DNA of 64,000 nt, taken from positions 64,001-128,000 of the IMG/VR virus record IMGVR_UViG_3300045541_000131; one strand, given 5' to 3'. Positions 1 to 10,151 of the stretch are shown one piece after another. This stretch comes from a virus. Position numbers and translations under genes: made by a program. The notes beneath the pieces were generated by a model, which was not told the DNA's origin, made no database searches, and saw only the letters and a program-made list of their open reading frames with translations. Numbering within the stretch: the first letter of the stretch is position 1; every line of letters starts with the position of its first letter.

Positions 1-2
1 AA

Positions 3-197
3 ATTGAAATTCCGTCAGCTATGAACATGATTCAAAAGCTTCTTACTGACATCAGCGTTATTCAATCTGGAATCAAAACTTGCTATGACTTGGCCGAACA
101 AAATATGAATCACGGACTAAGTAATTTAATGGCCGAGCGTCAAGATGCATTTGCCAAACATGCATGGATGCTCAAAGCTACATTAAAGAATAGATGA
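3..197 (+). CDS. dps: Dps/ferritin-like DNA protection protein, C-terminal part (truncated by window edge)
   Basis: Frame 3 translates to ...GLSNLMAERQDAFAKHAWMLKATLKNR*; KHAWML is the typical Dps C-terminal helix; stop overlaps the next ATG (ATGA). Confidence 0.75.
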   Translation: MEIPSAMNMIQKLLTDISVIQSGIKTCYDLAEQNMNHGLSNLMAERQDAFAKHAWMLKATLKNR

Positions 198-451
198 CAC
201 CTGAACAAGCAATCAAAGAACTAGTTCGAGTTGAACTAAATGACAATCAAACTCACGCATTGATTTCTTTTATCAATGATCGCGGCGTTAGTGCTTTTAA
301 AAACTCTAACCTACTCAAAGTAATCAATCGCGGAGAGTTCGACCAAGTACCTAAAGAACTCAATCGTTGGGTTATCAATTCTGGTCAAAAATATCAAAAT
401 TTAGTTGAACTGCGCCAGCAAGAAGTTGAATTGTTTACCAAAACTCGTTGA
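194..451 (+). CDS. GH24 phage-lysozyme-like protein, C-terminal lobe only
   Basis: LNDNQTHALISF...SNLLKVINRG...ELNRWV...LVELRQQEVELF resembles the GH24 C-lobe; N-terminal catalytic E-x8-D-x5-T not present. Confidence 0.6.
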   Translation: MTPEQAIKELVRVELNDNQTHALISFINDRGVSAFKNSNLLKVINRGEFDQVPKELNRWVINSGQKYQNLVELRQQEVELFTKTR

Positions 452-475
452 CAAACCAAACTAGCATGTTATACT
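448..475 (+). promoter_or_regulatory. sigma70-type promoter
   Basis: TTGACA(448-453)-16 nt-TATACT(470-475) with TGn extension; SD AAGGAG before ATG 505. Confidence 0.7.
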
Positions 476-504
476 TGTGGTTCACTTAACTACAAGGAGT
501 TACT

Positions 505-762
505 ATGCCACAACGAATGTTTGGTCCCGACGAAAAAGCCAAGATTAAGAAACTGTTTGCCGAAGGCATGCAAGTCATGAGCGAAGTGGCTGCGCTCAAT
601 GAAGGTCTTAATGATACCATTAAAGGCTTGGCCGAAGAATTGGACATGAAGCCTGCTACACTCAAGAAAGCTATCAAGATTGCTTATAAGAATGAGTTTG
701 AAAAAGAACAAAACAGCTTTACCGAAGTTGAAGAAGTTCTTGAAATTGCAGGACACCGGTGA
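505..762 (+). CDS. T4 DsbA/GapR-like dsDNA-binding protein
   Basis: 85-aa helical protein with the pattern IKGLAEELDMKPATLKKAIKIAYK...FE; sits next to DNA polymerase. Confidence 0.55.
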   Translation: MPQRMFGPDEKAKIKKLFAEGMQVMSEVAALNEGLNDTIKGLAEELDMKPATLKKAIKIAYKNEFEKEQNSFTEVEEVLEIAGHR

Positions 763-998
763 TAGATTATCTACGCCAACAAACTTGGCAATTCTGGTTT
801 GAATGGGCCTGTACCTTTACACTAATCTTAGGTGTAGCTCTTACCAGTTATAACATTTACCCACTTAACCTTTGGATCAGCCTAGCCGGTAATTTCGGCT
901 GGCTGGCCATTGGCTATATTTGGCGCAAATGGAGCTTGTTTGTTGTTCAGATAATCATTACAATAATCTATATTGCCGGACTATATAATATTCTATGA
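759..998 (+). CDS. small membrane protein (about 3 TM)
   Basis: Hydrophobic segments; start and stop overlap neighbouring genes. Confidence 0.6.
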   Translation: MIDYLRQQTWQFWFEWACTFTLILGVALTSYNIYPLNLWISLAGNFGWLAIGYIWRKWSLFVVQIIITIIYIAGLYNIL

Positions 999-3640
999 GC
1001 TATGTTGACGCTATCTACTTAAAAGAAAAAGACTTAATCAAAGTTGTCGAGCGGGTTGACGGGCAGAGAAAAGAACGACAATATCCTGCCCATTATCTTT
1101 TTTACTATCCCGATCCAAAAGGTCAATACACTGGTATTGATGGTAAGAGACTGGCTAAAGTTGCCGTGGCCAGTCGCAAGGCCTTTGAAAAAGAAAAGAA
1201 AATCTACGGACACAAACAACTGTATGAAAGTGATATCAAGCCACTAAATCGTTGTTTAGAAGCCAATTATCTCAATGCCGAAGCGCCAGAGCTTAATAAA
1301 GCATTCTTTGATATTGAAGTTGCCTTTGACAAAGTAAAAGGCTTTGCGGATCCCAGTGATCCTTTCAATCCTGTCACGGCTGTCACAGTCTATTGCGGCT
1401 GGATGGACAAGTTAATTACCTTATGCATCAAACCCGACAGCATGGAACTGGATCAGGCCGAAGCCATTGTGGCCAGATTTGAAAATACTATTCTTTGCGA
1501 CAGCGAAGAAGACATGCTGGATTTATTCCTAAGCCTATTAGAAGATGCTGATACTATCAGCGGTTGGAACAGCGAAGGCTATGACGTTCCTTACATGGTC
1601 AATCGTATCAGCAGGCTACTAGGTGCAGATCACACTCGTAGATTCTGTTTGTGGGACATGAAGCCACAACGCAGAGAATTTGAAAAGTATGGCAAAATAG
1701 CCGAGACCTTTGACTTTGTTGGCCGTGTACACTTAGACTACTTAGAATTGTATCGCAAGTATACCTATCATGAAATGCACAGTTACAGACTGGATGCCAT
1801 TGGCGAATACGAGTTGGGGGAGACAAAGGTCCAATACGAAGGTACATTGGATCAATTGTATAACAATGACTTTGAAAAGTTCATTGAATACAACAGACAA
1901 GATACTGCGCTCTTAGTCAAGCTGGATAGAAAGCTACAGTATATCGATCTCGTTAACGTACTGGCACATGCCAATACTGTTACGCTACGCACTACAATGG
2001 GCGCGGTGGCTGTAACGGATCAGGCTATTATCAATGAAGCACACAGCCGTGGACTTATGGTTCCTGATCGTAAGCGCGGCGATGATGCTGAAACACAAGC
2101 AGCAGGTGCCTATGTTGCTTATCCCAAGAAAGGCATGCACGACTGGATTGGATCAATGGACTTGAACAGTCTGTATCCCTCGCTGATTCGTGCGCTAAAC
2201 ATGAGTCCTGAAACAATCATCGGTCAAGTGCGTCTTACACAAACCAAAGGCGAACTTAGACAATGGCTGGCAGAAGGTAAAGGCTTTGCTGACTTCTGGG
2301 ACGGCAAGTTCTGTGTCTACGAATATGATGAAATCATGAATCGTAATCGCGGCTATGACTTGGTCATCGAATGGGAGGATGGTCGTGCTACTGAAATGTC
2401 AGCAGCCGAAGCCTATGAGTTGATTTATCTCAGTGGCAATCCATGGATGCTTAGTGCTAACGGCACAATCTTTACTTACGAAAAGCAAGGTGTTATTCCA
2501 GGCCTGCTGGCTCGTTGGTATGCCGAACGTAAAGAGCTACAAAAGAAAGCCAAGACAGCAACTGATCCTAAAGAGTTTGAATTCTGGGACAAGCGACAGC
2601 TAGTTAAAAAGATTAACTTGAATAGTTTGTACGGCGCTTTGCTTAACGCAGGCAGTAGGTTCTTTGATCAACGCATGGGTCAAAGTACTACACTAACAGG
2701 ACGCTGTGTTGCTCGTCATATGGCCGGCAAGACCAATGAACTGTTTACTGGTGAATACAACCACGTAGGCAAAACTATTATCTACGGTGACACTGACAGT
2801 TGTTATTTCAGTGCTTATCCTGTTTATCAAGGACAGATTGAACGCAATGAAATCGAATGGAATCGCGACAAAGTGGTTGAGCTTTATGACGCAGTAGCAG
2901 AAGAAGTCAACGCTAGCTTTACACCATTCATGAATCAAGCATTTAATTGCCCCAGCACTTATGGTGAAGTTATTAAAGCTGGTCGTGAAGTTGTTGCCAG
3001 CAAAGGCCTGTTCATTACTAAGAAGCGGTATGCAGTTCTTATCTATGACAAGGAAGGCAAGCGTAAAGACGTTGACGGTTCTTTGGGTGAAATTAAGGCC
3101 ATGGGTCTAGACCTTAAGCGAGCAGACACTCCCGAGTTCATGCAAAAATTCCTGGAAGAAATTCTGCTTATGGTACTAAATGGCCAAGACAGACTGGACA
3201 TTGTTGACGCCATTAATACTTTTAGAACCGCCTTCAAGGAGCGTCCAGGTTGGGAGAAAGGCACACCTAAACGTGTTAATAACTTGACCAAGCATACAGA
3301 GGTCTTTGAAAAGACTGGCAAGTGCGGAGTTGGACATGCACTGGCAGCTATTAACTGGAATCGTTTTAAGCGAGCTTTTGGTGACCAGCGTAGCATGGAT
3401 ATTACCGACGGCATGAAGGTTATTGTTTGTAAACTCAAATCTAATCCAATGGGCATTACCAGTATTGCTTATCCCATTGACGAACTTAGACTGCCTGATT
3501 GGTTTAAGGAGCTGCCATTTGATCATGCGGCCATGGAAGAAACTATTATCGATAACAAAGTGGACAACCTTATTGGTGTTCTTGAGTGGGATATTAGTGC
3601 TAGTGATCAAAAGACAGCCTTTGATTTGTTGTTCAGCTAA
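995..3640 (+). CDS. Family B DNA polymerase (T4 gp43-like)
   Basis: Exo motifs FDIE, GWNSEGYD, YNRQD; polymerase motifs DLNSLYPS, KINLNSLYG, YGDTDS, KKRYA. Confidence 0.97.
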   Translation: MSYVDAIYLKEKDLIKVVERVDGQRKERQYPAHYLFYYPDPKGQYTGIDGKRLAKVAVASRKAFEKEKKIYGHKQLYESDIKPLNRCLEANYLNAEAPELNKAFFDIEVAFDKVKGFADPSDPFNPVTAVTVYCGWMDKLITLCIKPDSMELDQAEAIVARFENTILCDSEEDMLDLFLSLLEDADTISGWNSEGYDVPYMVNRISRLLGADHTRRFCLWDMKPQRREFEKYGKIAETFDFVGRVHLDYLELYRKYTYHEMHSYRLDAIGEYELGETKVQYEGTLDQLYNNDFEKFIEYNRQDTALLVKLDRKLQYIDLVNVLAHANTVTLRTTMGAVAVTDQAIINEAHSRGLMVPDRKRGDDAETQAAGAYVAYPKKGMHDWIGSMDLNSLYPSLIRALNMSPETIIGQVRLTQTKGELRQWLAEGKGFADFWDGKFCVYEYDEIMNRNRGYDLVIEWEDGRATEMSAAEAYELIYLSGNPWMLSANGTIFTYEKQGVIPGLLARWYAERKELQKKAKTATDPKEFEFWDKRQLVKKINLNSLYGALLNAGSRFFDQRMGQSTTLTGRCVARHMAGKTNELFTGEYNHVGKTIIYGDTDSCYFSAYPVYQGQIERNEIEWNRDKVVELYDAVAEEVNASFTPFMNQAFNCPSTYGEVIKAGREVVASKGLFITKKRYAVLIYDKEGKRKDVDGSLGEIKAMGLDLKRADTPEFMQKFLEEILLMVLNGQDRLDIVDAINTFRTAFKERPGWEKGTPKRVNNLTKHTEVFEKTGKCGVGHALAAINWNRFKRAFGDQRSMDITDGMKVIVCKLKSNPMGITSIAYPIDELRLPDWFKELPFDHAAMEETIIDNKVDNLIGVLEWDISASDQKTAFDLLFS

Positions 3641-3657
3641 CTAAATAAAAATCACAG

Positions 3658-3749
3658 GATATGTTTGGTACATATCTTTCCCCTAGCAAGCTATGTTTTG
3701 GCAACATAGATTTTGACTATCTAAACCTAAATACACTATACTAGTGTAT
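3658..3749 (+). promoter_or_regulatory. Intergenic element with three hairpins, a sigma70-like promoter and a TAAATA box
   Basis: GATATGT-TTGGT-ACATATC (3658-3676), CTATGTT-TTGGC-AACATAG (3691-3709), ATACACTA-TAC-TAGTGTAT (3731-3749); TTGACT 3713 / TATACT 3737. Confidence 0.55.
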
Positions 3750-3761
3750 AAGGAGAATATC

Positions 3762-4499
3762 TTGAAAGATTCTATTTTTGACATTGTCAGGCATACGGCA
3801 AGCCTTGGCTTCTTTGATTTAGCCAAAATTACCGGCACAGACCAAACTACTGAAATTTGGACCTGTGATGAAAAGAAAACTGTAGTGCTTGACGCTAGCC
3901 TTAACAATCCCGAGGCGGGACTTGTTGGCGAAGTTGGTCTTGGCAACTTGGGTTTCCTTAATGGTCTTAGCGGACTGTATAACAAGGATGGTGCTGAAGT
4001 TGAAGTGCTAACTGGCACTAAGAACGGCGTTGAAGTTCCAGACTATTTGCAGTTCACTGACAAGGACGGCAACAGCGACAAGTATCGTCTGATGAGCAAG
4101 GAAATTATCGACGAGCAACTACAGCAAAGTAAGTTCAAAGGCGTCAAGTGGGACGTTGAATTTGAGCCTACTAAGGCCAAGGTCAGCGAAATGTCTGCTA
4201 AGGCTGGCATCTACAGCAACATCGAACCTACATTTACTGTTAAGACTGAAAACGGCAACCTAGTATTTGTTTTCGGTAGCGACACAGGCGGCAGTCACTT
4301 TGGTAAGATGATCTTTGCAACTAATGTTGCTGGTTCAATCAAAGAAGGTTATGCTTGGCCTATTGACAAATTCCTTTCTATTGTTAAGTTAGGCATGGCC
4401 GGCGAGTGCCGTGTACACTTTAGCCAAGTGGCATGTATGATTACCATTAACAGTGGTATTGGCACATACAATTATATCCTTCCCGGACATACTCGTTAA
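3762..4499 (+). CDS. DNA polymerase sliding clamp (gp45-like)
   Basis: About 245 aa, beta-rich two-lobed pattern, directly downstream of PolB; TTG start after SD AAGGAG. Confidence 0.6.
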   Translation: MKDSIFDIVRHTASLGFFDLAKITGTDQTTEIWTCDEKKTVVLDASLNNPEAGLVGEVGLGNLGFLNGLSGLYNKDGAEVEVLTGTKNGVEVPDYLQFTDKDGNSDKYRLMSKEIIDEQLQQSKFKGVKWDVEFEPTKAKVSEMSAKAGIYSNIEPTFTVKTENGNLVFVFGSDTGGSHFGKMIFATNVAGSIKEGYAWPIDKFLSIVKLGMAGECRVHFSQVACMITINSGIGTYNYILPGHTR

Positions 4500-4500
4500 T

Positions 4501-4878
4501 ATGGCAAAGAAAATGATTTGGGTTACCTTTCGCAAGGAAGGTATTCACCGCTACCCTGATGCTAGCACTAATCCCAAGCTAGCATCAAGCGACGAATATG
4601 ATGTCAGCTTTTTAGGCTATCCTCACAGACACATATTCCATTTTAAAGTTGCTATTGAAGTTTTTCATGACGACCGCGACATTGAGTTTATTCAGTTCAA
4701 ACGCTGGTTAGAAAAACTCTATAGTGAAAAGACTTTAGAACTTGATTTTAAATCCTGCGAAATGATCGCAATGGATTTGTACAAGGCTATTAACGGCCGC
4801 TATCCCCAACGCGAAGTTTGGATTGATGTAAGTGAGGACGGTGAAAATGGATGCCACATTCAATTTGAAAAGAACTAA
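4501..4878 (+). CDS. queD: 6-carboxytetrahydropterin synthase (QueD-like, T-fold)
   Basis: H...HRH Zn ligands (GIHRYP, HRHIFH), SCEMIA, terminal VSEDGEN; lies among dpdA/folE/queE. Confidence 0.75.
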   Translation: MAKKMIWVTFRKEGIHRYPDASTNPKLASSDEYDVSFLGYPHRHIFHFKVAIEVFHDDRDIEFIQFKRWLEKLYSEKTLELDFKSCEMIAMDLYKAINGRYPQREVWIDVSEDGENGCHIQFEKN

Positions 4879-4888
4879 GGTAAAGCCT

Positions 4889-5245
4889 ATGAATAATTAT
4901 ACTAATCATGTAAGTCGTGCGATGATTAATATCAACGATATCAAATACGACTTACTAAAAATTTCTGAACTTTTTGACGGAGTTCTGCAAGAAGGTTTGG
5001 GTCATATGCCAGCAGATATGTATAACGCATATCTCAACGACCTTCGTGAATCTGACTGGATTCACGGATATGAAATTTCTGAAATTGTTCTTAAAGAACA
5101 AAGTTATACATATGATATAACTGTGCAGATCACTAATGATCGCACTCCTAAGAAACTAAAGATCCACGTTGGCCTTTACAAGAGTCCTTGGCCTGCTTTG
5201 GCACCAAGTATGCGATACACGGGTGCAGGTTATGTCGCTAAGTAA
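4889..5245 (+). CDS. hypothetical protein
   Basis: ORF within an operon, overlapping neighbours. Confidence 0.6.
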   Translation: MNNYTNHVSRAMININDIKYDLLKISELFDGVLQEGLGHMPADMYNAYLNDLRESDWIHGYEISEIVLKEQSYTYDITVQITNDRTPKKLKIHVGLYKSPWPALAPSMRYTGAGYVAK

Positions 5246-6776
5246 AAAAACAAGAATTGACATGCAAGCAAAGAATATGGATTATGCCATATTCTTACCT
5301 AGCATTAGCGGGTTTTACCAAGAGCAAGTCAGCAACCAACAGCAGGATCCAAACTGGATTCCTCGGAATCGTATTCCTGCAGAGTTCGAACTTGGGGTAG
5401 AAGGCCTTAACTTCCTTAACAAGGAACAAAGTTATTTCTACTATCCTGATGCATTGTATTCGGCAGGCCATGCACAGCTCAACACTCAAAAGAGCCTTAC
5501 CGAAGAAAGCATGATCCAACAACGAGATCGAAAGAATACTTTTATTCTTGGCGACTCAGGTGGATTCCAGATCGGTAAAGGTGTTATTAACTTTGACTGG
5601 CAGCACTTCTGGGAAAAGCAAGGCGATGCTGGCTATGTAGGCAAAGCAGATAAGACTCGTATGGCCATTCTTAACTGGCTAGAGTTTACTGCTGACTACA
5701 GCATGGTACTTGATATTCCTACTTGGGCGGCCGCTCCTATCAATCAGGAACGCACAGGCCTTAAGACATTCCAAGACTGTCTAAGTGGCACATTGTTTAA
5801 CAATGATTTCTTCCTGCGTAATCGTCAAGGCAAGACCAAGTTCCTGAACGTTCTACAAGGCGGTAACAATGTTGACGCCGAGATTTGGTACGAACAGGTC
5901 AAGCACTATCCCTTCGAAGGTTGGGCTATGGGCGGCAACAACATGAAGGACGTTGATCTCATGTTGCGTCGACTGATTAAACTGCGCGATGAAAAGTTGC
6001 TAGAGCCTGGTCGTGACGTTATTCACTTCCTGGGTACAAGTAAACTTGAACTGGCTTGTTTGCTAACTGCTATTCAACGTAATATTCGCAAGAGTATTAA
6101 TCCTGCTATGAAGGTAACATTTGACTGTGCTAGTCCGTTCTTAGCCACTGCTTATGGTCAGATTTATACTCAACACGTTCATCAGAATAAGCGATTTAGT
6201 TATATCATGGACAAGGCTATAGATGACAAGCGTCTATCAGGTAGCAAGTTGCCTTTCCCATGGGGCAGTCCAATCGGCGAGCGAGTCACTATGGGAGACT
6301 TGTGCTGGTACAAGCCCGGTGATGTTAACAAGTTCGGCAAAGAATGTAAGACATCATGGGACAGTTTCAGCTATGCCATCATGATGGCACATAATGTCTA
6401 TCAGCATATCGAAAGCGTTCAACGTGCCAATATGTTACTAGACTCTGCTTGTAGTTTATATCAACCCGATCCCGGCAAGTTTAGCAAAGCCAAAGGTGTT
6501 AGTGCTGAATTCAGCAATTGGGTACCACGTAGTGTTATCTATGGTGTTGAACTAATCAATCGTGTGTTTGCCAGCGAAACTCCTTACACTGAGCTAGATA
6601 ATGCACAGGCATTGTTAGCAGAACTCAACGGCAAGAAAACTCTTAAGAGCAGTGCCGAAGCATTTGGTGCCTTGTTTGCCAGTGATGACAAGGGCGACGA
6701 CAATGATGCTGAAGCTGCTGAAGCTTGGGACGAAGATCATGCCGAAGAACTGCTAGCGGAGGTTCGTAATGCCTAA
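5232..6776 (+). CDS. dpdA: TGT-fold 7-deazaguanine DNA transglycosylase (DpdA-like)
   Basis: DSGGFQ catalytic motif, MVLDIP, VLQG, GWAMGG, HFLG, TFDCAS; clustered with folE/queD/queE. Confidence 0.8.
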   Translation: MSLSKKTRIDMQAKNMDYAIFLPSISGFYQEQVSNQQQDPNWIPRNRIPAEFELGVEGLNFLNKEQSYFYYPDALYSAGHAQLNTQKSLTEESMIQQRDRKNTFILGDSGGFQIGKGVINFDWQHFWEKQGDAGYVGKADKTRMAILNWLEFTADYSMVLDIPTWAAAPINQERTGLKTFQDCLSGTLFNNDFFLRNRQGKTKFLNVLQGGNNVDAEIWYEQVKHYPFEGWAMGGNNMKDVDLMLRRLIKLRDEKLLEPGRDVIHFLGTSKLELACLLTAIQRNIRKSINPAMKVTFDCASPFLATAYGQIYTQHVHQNKRFSYIMDKAIDDKRLSGSKLPFPWGSPIGERVTMGDLCWYKPGDVNKFGKECKTSWDSFSYAIMMAHNVYQHIESVQRANMLLDSACSLYQPDPGKFSKAKGVSAEFSNWVPRSVIYGVELINRVFASETPYTELDNAQALLAELNGKKTLKSSAEAFGALFASDDKGDDNDAEAAEAWDEDHAEELLAEVRNA

Positions 6777-7653
6777 GGCCTTAGTTATTGGCCTAGGCAT
6801 GGGCCAACAGTATCGTGACTGGATGGCAGAGATGGGCTATGAAGTTTTTACCTGTGACATAGACGCAGGTAAAAGCCCCGACTACACCAATATGAATGAA
6901 GCTATATTAGAGCATAAAAACTTTGATATTGTTTATATTGGCACGCCAAACTTTACGCATGAGATATTGGCCTATAATGTAGTTAATAACTGTCGCTTAT
7001 TGCTGATTGAAAAACCCGGTGTCGTTGACAGCATGTCTTGGCGTAACTTGGTCAAGTCTAATCCTAGTACTAGGATTATGATGGTTAAGAACAATCAATA
7101 TCGTCCCGAGATTGCCGAATTTAAACGACTGGCCAGTATGAGCGAGCGTGTATATGTTCGTTGGAACAATCGCAATCGTATTCCTCATCCTGGCAGTTGG
7201 TTTACTACTCGTAGTAAGGCATTTGGCGGTGTCAGTAGGGACTTGATTCCTCACATGTTAAGTTACTACTGTGCGTTGACAAACTATAGCACTGGTGTTA
7301 GACTATTTGCTCAGGCACAACAGCGACATGAACTCAAGGATATTCAAGATACTGATTACGGCAGCGTTAATCATAGTGGTGTTTACGATGTCGACGACTT
7401 CTGTGAATTTGAATTTAAAAATGCCGACACTCGTTGGGTATTAACAGCTAATTGGAAAGATGATCGGGCCGATGACAGTAGCATTACATTTGATGTTTCC
7501 GATCAGATTACAAAGTTTGAATTAGGCCTTTGTCCTAAGGAAGCGTATCAGACTATGATAGAAACTGCTGTGGCAAACCTAAATAATAATATATTCTGGG
7601 AAGAACAATTAGCTCAGGATCTTTGGATACACAAACAAATCGAACATCTATGA
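6769..7653 (+). CDS. Gfo/Idh/MocA-family NAD(P) oxidoreductase
   Basis: VIGLGMG Rossmann motif, TPNFTH, IEKPG, GGVSRDLIPH. Confidence 0.85.
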   Translation: MPKALVIGLGMGQQYRDWMAEMGYEVFTCDIDAGKSPDYTNMNEAILEHKNFDIVYIGTPNFTHEILAYNVVNNCRLLLIEKPGVVDSMSWRNLVKSNPSTRIMMVKNNQYRPEIAEFKRLASMSERVYVRWNNRNRIPHPGSWFTTRSKAFGGVSRDLIPHMLSYYCALTNYSTGVRLFAQAQQRHELKDIQDTDYGSVNHSGVYDVDDFCEFEFKNADTRWVLTANWKDDRADDSSITFDVSDQITKFELGLCPKEAYQTMIETAVANLNNNIFWEEQLAQDLWIHKQIEHL

Positions 7654-8546
7654 ATAGAGTATTAGCAACTACAGGGCAAGGTCAGTTCGTTGAAACTGAA
7701 TATACCGGCAGCTTAGATATTGAACCTAATCAGATTCTTGTTGAATCTGTAATGACTGGCGTATGTCGCAGTGACATTGATATGATGCAGGGCAACTTTG
7801 GTCCGTTGCCTATTAATATGCAGGGACACGAAGGATTAGGTCGTGTCATCGAAATTGGAAAGGAAGTAAAAGATGTTATCGTTGGAGACTATGTTGCAAC
7901 CCGAGGCGAACCAGCCTATGCCGACAGATATGTTGTTCGTCATAGAGAATATGTTAGGGTTCCAGAGGCTCATCCTCGATTTATATTGGAACCAGTGGCT
8001 TGCGGCATCAACGTTATACATCAACCTATTCGAGAAATCGCTGAACGCAGTGGGCCAGGACGTAAACTCCTAATCCTTGGCAGTGGCTTTTTGGCTTGGG
8101 TGGCTTATAACACTATCATGCTCAATCACTTAGAATTCGATATTACTGTTATTGGCAACAGTAATAAAGAACTTTGGGGACAACAACTGGCTCTATACTA
8201 CGGCGGCAAGTTTGATGTTGTTATTGATTTAAGTAGTAGAGATGATGTGTTTACCAAAGACATCCTACGCAATGAAGCATTGGTAGTATTTGGTGTTGAG
8301 AAAAAGATAACCACATCATTTGCCAATTTACTTTGGAAAGCCTGTACTATAGTATTTCCCAGCCCCAGAACTGACAAGTTTTACCAATGTATGGCAGATG
8401 CGGCTCGTTGGATAGAGGATGGCGATATTGATGTTGACACCTTCTGGACCAAAGTCTATAATAGGGATACCGAATGGCAGCAGGCATTTACCGACGGAGT
8501 AAACCGCCCCGAAGGTTACAGCAGAGGATATATTAAATGGCTTTGA
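7650..8546 (+). CDS. Zn-dependent medium-chain (alcohol/sugar) dehydrogenase-like protein
   Basis: GVCRSD, GHEGLG, LEPVACG, ILGSG; lacks the 4-Cys structural Zn lobe. Confidence 0.8.
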   Translation: MNRVLATTGQGQFVETEYTGSLDIEPNQILVESVMTGVCRSDIDMMQGNFGPLPINMQGHEGLGRVIEIGKEVKDVIVGDYVATRGEPAYADRYVVRHREYVRVPEAHPRFILEPVACGINVIHQPIREIAERSGPGRKLLILGSGFLAWVAYNTIMLNHLEFDITVIGNSNKELWGQQLALYYGGKFDVVIDLSSRDDVFTKDILRNEALVVFGVEKKITTSFANLLWKACTIVFPSPRTDKFYQCMADAARWIEDGDIDVDTFWTKVYNRDTEWQQAFTDGVNRPEGYSRGYIKWL

Positions 8547-9055
8547 ATACCGCAGAACGAAAGAACATTGTTTACTTTACTGGATATGAGGTAGAGCATA
8601 CCGTTTGTTATGGTATGAAAACTTTGTTTGTTGTAGGCACACCGCCCTTGGCAGAAATTCTTGAACGAGCACGACAAGACCCTGAAATCAAGCAAATCTA
8701 TTTTGGCACCAGTCAAAGTTTTACACCTCGCGAAACTAGTGAGTGGAGGACCTGGGATGATCGTATTACAGGTTGTTTAAATGCAGATTATTGGGTTACA
8801 CTAGACTTTGATTCGTCGTATGCTCAAGAAATGCACGAAGAAGGTTGGTGTGAGCATGACAAATTCGTGCCTATGATCAGTGTTAAGCTGCCTTATATTA
8901 AACTCTATAACTATAATACAACACTTAAGATTGATGATAATACATGGGGTGCTACTAACCCTGGTGTATGGACACACCAACTGCATGATTTGATGAGTAA
9001 GGACAAATATACCTACTGGGATCAATACACACAGGATACACCAACTAATGAGTAA
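8537..9055 (+). CDS. hypothetical protein in the deazaguanine cluster
   Basis: Translationally coupled ORF; no motif recognised. Confidence 0.65.
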   Translation: MALNTAERKNIVYFTGYEVEHTVCYGMKTLFVVGTPPLAEILERARQDPEIKQIYFGTSQSFTPRETSEWRTWDDRITGCLNADYWVTLDFDSSYAQEMHEEGWCEHDKFVPMISVKLPYIKLYNYNTTLKIDDNTWGATNPGVWTHQLHDLMSKDKYTYWDQYTQDTPTNE

Positions 9056-10151
9056 TATATTTTTAGTTGACTTAGAAGCTGTCGAGACACGCTACACAGG
9101 ACAATGGAAGCATCATGTTCCCGAACTACTTAAAAAAGCAGGACATCAAGTTCAAGTTATCAGTGGCCCTGAAGACATTCCTAGTGCCACTACTCCTGGG
9201 GCCTTTCTTAATTTTGGCGGCACTAATATCTATAAGTCTCGACAAGTTGAGCAAATGGGTCGTTTATTTTGCTCCGGAGCAGTTAGGCCTGGTGATCATT
9301 TTCTTTTTACTGATGCTTGGCATCCTGGTATCATAAACTTAAAGTACATGAGTGAACTGTTGCAGATTCCTGTGACAATTCATGCATTATGGCATGCTGG
9401 CAGTTATGATCCGCATGACTTTCTAGGACGCCTTATCGGTGATGAGCCTTGGGTTCGTTATGCAGAAAAAAGTTTTTATCATGCCATTGACCATAACTAC
9501 TTTGCCACAGCCTTTCATATCGATATGTTTGTGCGTAATCTTCTTAATGACAATGGCTCTGCAGAAAATCCTTGGTTAGAAGATGACTTGGACATGATTA
9601 TGGCTAGCCAATCTGCCAAGTTTGTTCGCACAGGTTGGCCCATGGAATATATGGAAGCAACGCTAACTCCATACAAAAATATGACTAAGCGTGATCTTAT
9701 TTTATTTCCGCATCGTATCGCACCCGAGAAGCAAGTTGATATCTTTAGAGACTTAAAGCAACATTTGCCTCAGTATGAGTTTGTTGTTTGTCAAGATCAT
9801 CAGTTGACTAAGAATGAATATCATAACTTGCTAGGCCAAGCAAAACTAGTATTCAGTGCCAACTTACAAGAAACACTGGGTATCAGTTGTTATGAAGGTG
9901 CCATTGTTGATGCTATTCCAATGGTGCCTGATAGGCTAAGTTATCGAGAAATGTATTTCGAAAGTTTTAAGTATCCTAGTAAGTGGACAGAAAGTTTCGA
10001 TGCTTATTCTGTTTATCGACCGGATCTCTGCAGAAAGATCATGGAGCATATGGATCATTATGAAACTCGTTTGCCCATGCTTAAAAAGCAAACACAGTCG
10101 CTGACAGAACATTTTTTCAGCGCCAACAAGCTCTTGGAGAACATTAAGTGA
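9048..10151 (+). CDS. GT-B fold glycosyltransferase
   Basis: HAGSYD, FPHRIAPEKQ, and LQETLGISCYEG (E-x7-E signature of retaining GT-B enzymes). Confidence 0.8.
   Translation: MSNIFLVDLEAVETRYTGQWKHHVPELLKKAGHQVQVISGPEDIPSATTPGAFLNFGGTNIYKSRQVEQMGRLFCSGAVRPGDHFLFTDAWHPGIINLKYMSELLQIPVTIHALWHAGSYDPHDFLGRLIGDEPWVRYAEKSFYHAIDHNYFATAFHIDMFVRNLLNDNGSAENPWLEDDLDMIMASQSAKFVRTGWPMEYMEATLTPYKNMTKRDLILFPHRIAPEKQVDIFRDLKQHLPQYEFVVCQDHQLTKNEYHNLLGQAKLVFSANLQETLGISCYEGAIVDAIPMVPDRLSYREMYFESFKYPSKWTESFDAYSVYRPDLCRKIMEHMDHYETRLPMLKKQTQSLTEHFFSANKLLENIK

Noticed and set aside
995-3640. Intein or intron in the DNA polymerase
   Set aside because: The length (881 aa) is normal and all motifs are contiguous; no intein termini or homing-endonuclease motifs were seen.
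5232-6776. Canonical bacterial tRNA-guanine transglycosylase (tgt)
   Set aside because: It lacks the CxCxxC zinc motif and the TPxFMPVGT N-terminus; the phage context with folE/queD/queE favours a DpdA-type enzyme.
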